Below the pieces are notes generated by a model, which saw only the letters and a list, made by a program, of their open reading frames with translations, did no database searches and was not told the origin of the DNA. A stretch of 35,439 nucleotides of DNA, taken from Octopus sinensis. Taxonomy: Eukaryota. Below are positions 33,253 through 35,439 of the stretch, piece after piece (the first letter of the stretch is position 1; every line of letters starts with the position of its first letter). A program made the position numbers and the translations under genes. Location of the stretch: assembly GCF_006345805.1 (NCBI RefSeq), contig NW_021828103.1, forward strand, positions 1 to 35,439, written 5' to 3'.

Positions 33253-35439
33253 ATATAGGAGGGCTGCTGCGCGGAAACTGTAAAAAGAAAATTTCATTCC
33301 TGAGAGACCTTGTGACATGCAATCACAGAAACGCATCTTGAACCCGATATAGTGATGCAGAAATACACATGCCGCAATATGCAGTCATACGCACAGATAG
33401 AAAAGGGGGAGCCATGGTGGAGTTGCAATGTACATCCGAGATGACCTCACGCCCCAGGTCCTGCTGTCATATTCAAACTCAGTATGTGAAACTCAAATTG
33501 TACACACAAGACAACTGAATATCGTCATATGCACTACATATCGCCCACCAGATGCCCCAAAACACTCAGGCATGTTTGAAGACTGCCTAACAAAAATAGG
33601 AGAAGTCCTCACCAACCTTGAACAGCACAACAGTGTATTCTTCATGGGTGACTTTAACCTCCCCAATGTGGAATGGCCTGGGGGGCAGATGCTCCCAGGG
33701 ATGACACACCATCAGCAGGCACAGGTGGAGTCCCTGCTCCATCTCACAAATGCCTCTTTCATGGAGCAATAGTTCTGCAACCAACAAGGGCAGATATATA
33801 CTGGATCTCTGCTTCACAAACAATATGGATATTATCCTAATGTTAATGTGATGCCGACAATGATCTCGGATCACAACATAATAGAGCTGTCTATGTATGG
33901 AACAAAAGCCCCCTAGACACACAGCCTATACGAAGCACCCACCATCTCTCCAACTTAAACTTTCATAAAGCCAACTGGAAATTGATTGAGAAAGAGATCC
34001 TCAAACAGGATTGGCCTGAATGTCTCTCCACAAACGGACATAAACATGAAACACAAACACTTCATGTCCATAATACAAGCCATATGACAAATATGCCCCA
34101 TGTGCAGGGCCAGCACACACAAGAAAAAAACAGGATCCCTAGAGAAAGGAGGATTCTTATGAGACGACGGACAAGGATTGCGAACCGCCTGAGCAAGCAC
34201 ACCAAAAGTGGTGAGAAGTCTCGGCTCGAGAGAATGCTAATGGAAACTGAGAAAAGTCTACATCAGTCCCATGAAAAGGAGAGAGCAGATAAAGAAGCTT
34301 GGGTAATAGAAAACATAAAATCAAACCCTAAAGCTTTCTTTAAGTTTGCCAAAGAGACAGCCACAGTGCACCAGAGAATAGGACCTCTCTTCCAAAAAGA
34401 TGGCTCTCTCACAGGGAATCCCACGACGATAAGTGAAATACTGAACGAACAGTTCCAAAGTGTGTTCACTACACCTCTAGGACACAGGCAAGTAAACAAC
34501 CCAGAAGAATTATTTGCCACTTTATCTGCGGCCAAAGAGACAAAAATTGAGTACATCAACATCGAAGATGATGATATCACACTAGCCATTGATGAGATTG
34601 ACACAAACTCAGCTGCTGGACCTGGTGGATTCCCAGCGATCCTTCTCAAATCGTGCAAACGAGTCCTTGCAAAACTGCTACAGCTTCTTTTTCAGAGCTT
34701 TCTTGCAAGTGGTAAGCTCCCAGTCAAATTGAAAGAGGGGGTAATATGCCCTATCCATAAGGGAGGTAGCAGAGCAGATGCTAAAAATTATAGGCCTATC
34801 TCTCTGACCTCACACATCAGCAAAGTCATGGAACGAATAGTCCGTAAGAAACTAATCATGTTCCTTGAAGAAAATGACTTGCTGTCTGACACCCAGCATG
34901 GATTTCGACCAGGTAGAGAGGCTGCCTAACACAGCTCCTGCAACACTATGACTGGGTGTTGAAACAGCTACTAAATGGCTCAAATGTGGATGTAATATAT
35001 CTCGACTTTGCAAAAGCCTTTGATAAAGTCGACCATGGTATGATCTGTCACAAACTGCGTGGTCTCGGCATAGGCGGGAACTTGGAGAGTGGCTGCACAA
35101 CTTCCTAAAAGACAGAAAACAGGCAGTTGTGAGCAATGGAGCCACCTCCAAGGGAAACGCAAATAACAGCGGTGTCCCACAGGCACTGTCTTGGGGCCAC
35201 TGATGTTCATAGTGGCCCTTTCAGACATGCCTTCAGTTGCTACGATGATGACCACCCTTGCTAGCTATGCAGATGACACACAAGTCTCCCACGCAATACA
35301 AAACCCTGAAAATATGTGCATCTGCAACATGAGCTGGACACAATATACAGGTGGCTGAGGACAACAACATGCAGTTTAATGCAGGTAAAGTTCCAGGCCC
35401 TGCGCGACTGGCACACAAAGGTAAACGACGTGAAGACTG
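33198..35439 (+). pseudogene. LINE ORF2 (APE plus RT), frameshifted
   Basis: ATG at 33198 gives MATTDTNTNTHTTKIFLLNIGGL. Later motifs are distributed over three frames. Confidence 0.88.

Larger units (their letters stand above)
32349..35439 (+). mobile_element. Long CR1-like LINE copy (ORF1, APE, RT) running off the window; the 5' UTR may extend to about 30681
   Basis: APE motifs LLNIGGL, ITETHL, YRPP, GDFNLP, ILDLCFTN, SDHNII. RT motifs NYRPISLTS, QHGFRPG, YLDFAKAFDKVDH, VPQG, YADDT. Many frameshifts. Confidence 0.93.

Noticed and set aside
33061-33341. ORF1 apparently fused in frame to the APE domain (330-aa ORF ending ...KIFLLNIGGL...NAS*)
   Set aside because: Removing one A from the A7 run at 33115-33121 gives a natural Gln/Pro-rich ORF1 end stopping at 33250-33252, with ORF2 starting at its own ATG (33198). 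Two overlapping ORFs plus a homopolymer error is simpler.

Overview
Repeat-dense, (TA)n-rich animal DNA with no recognisable host gene. It is probably octopus/cephalopod, inferred from a tRNA-head CORE-type SINE and the extreme microsatellite load. The window holds several Penelope-like element (PLE) families, four pieces of CR1-like LINEs and one SINE, nearly all bounded by (TA)n. The centrepiece is an 11.5-kb tandem-plus-inverted insertion of a young PLE resembling the Hydra clade (RT plus C-terminal GIY-YIG), whose copies together give an open ORF of about 890 aa. The main result from reading the sequence is a cluster of hammerhead ribozyme (HHR) folds. Three minimal HHRs sit in a ~480-bp non-coding tandem array (retrozyme-like), four are in the big PLE with a ~56-nt stem II, and one textbook HHR with a 59-nt stem II lies in an orphan element. 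One C3U-variant HHR and four more degenerate HHR-like motifs complete the set. Five different repeats share a 'tails-out' inversion architecture. The longest LINE has an ORF1 with a Myb/SANT-like N-terminus and a CCCH finger. All folds and family assignments were made by eye, with no database search or folding software. Many 1-nt indels look like long-read errors.
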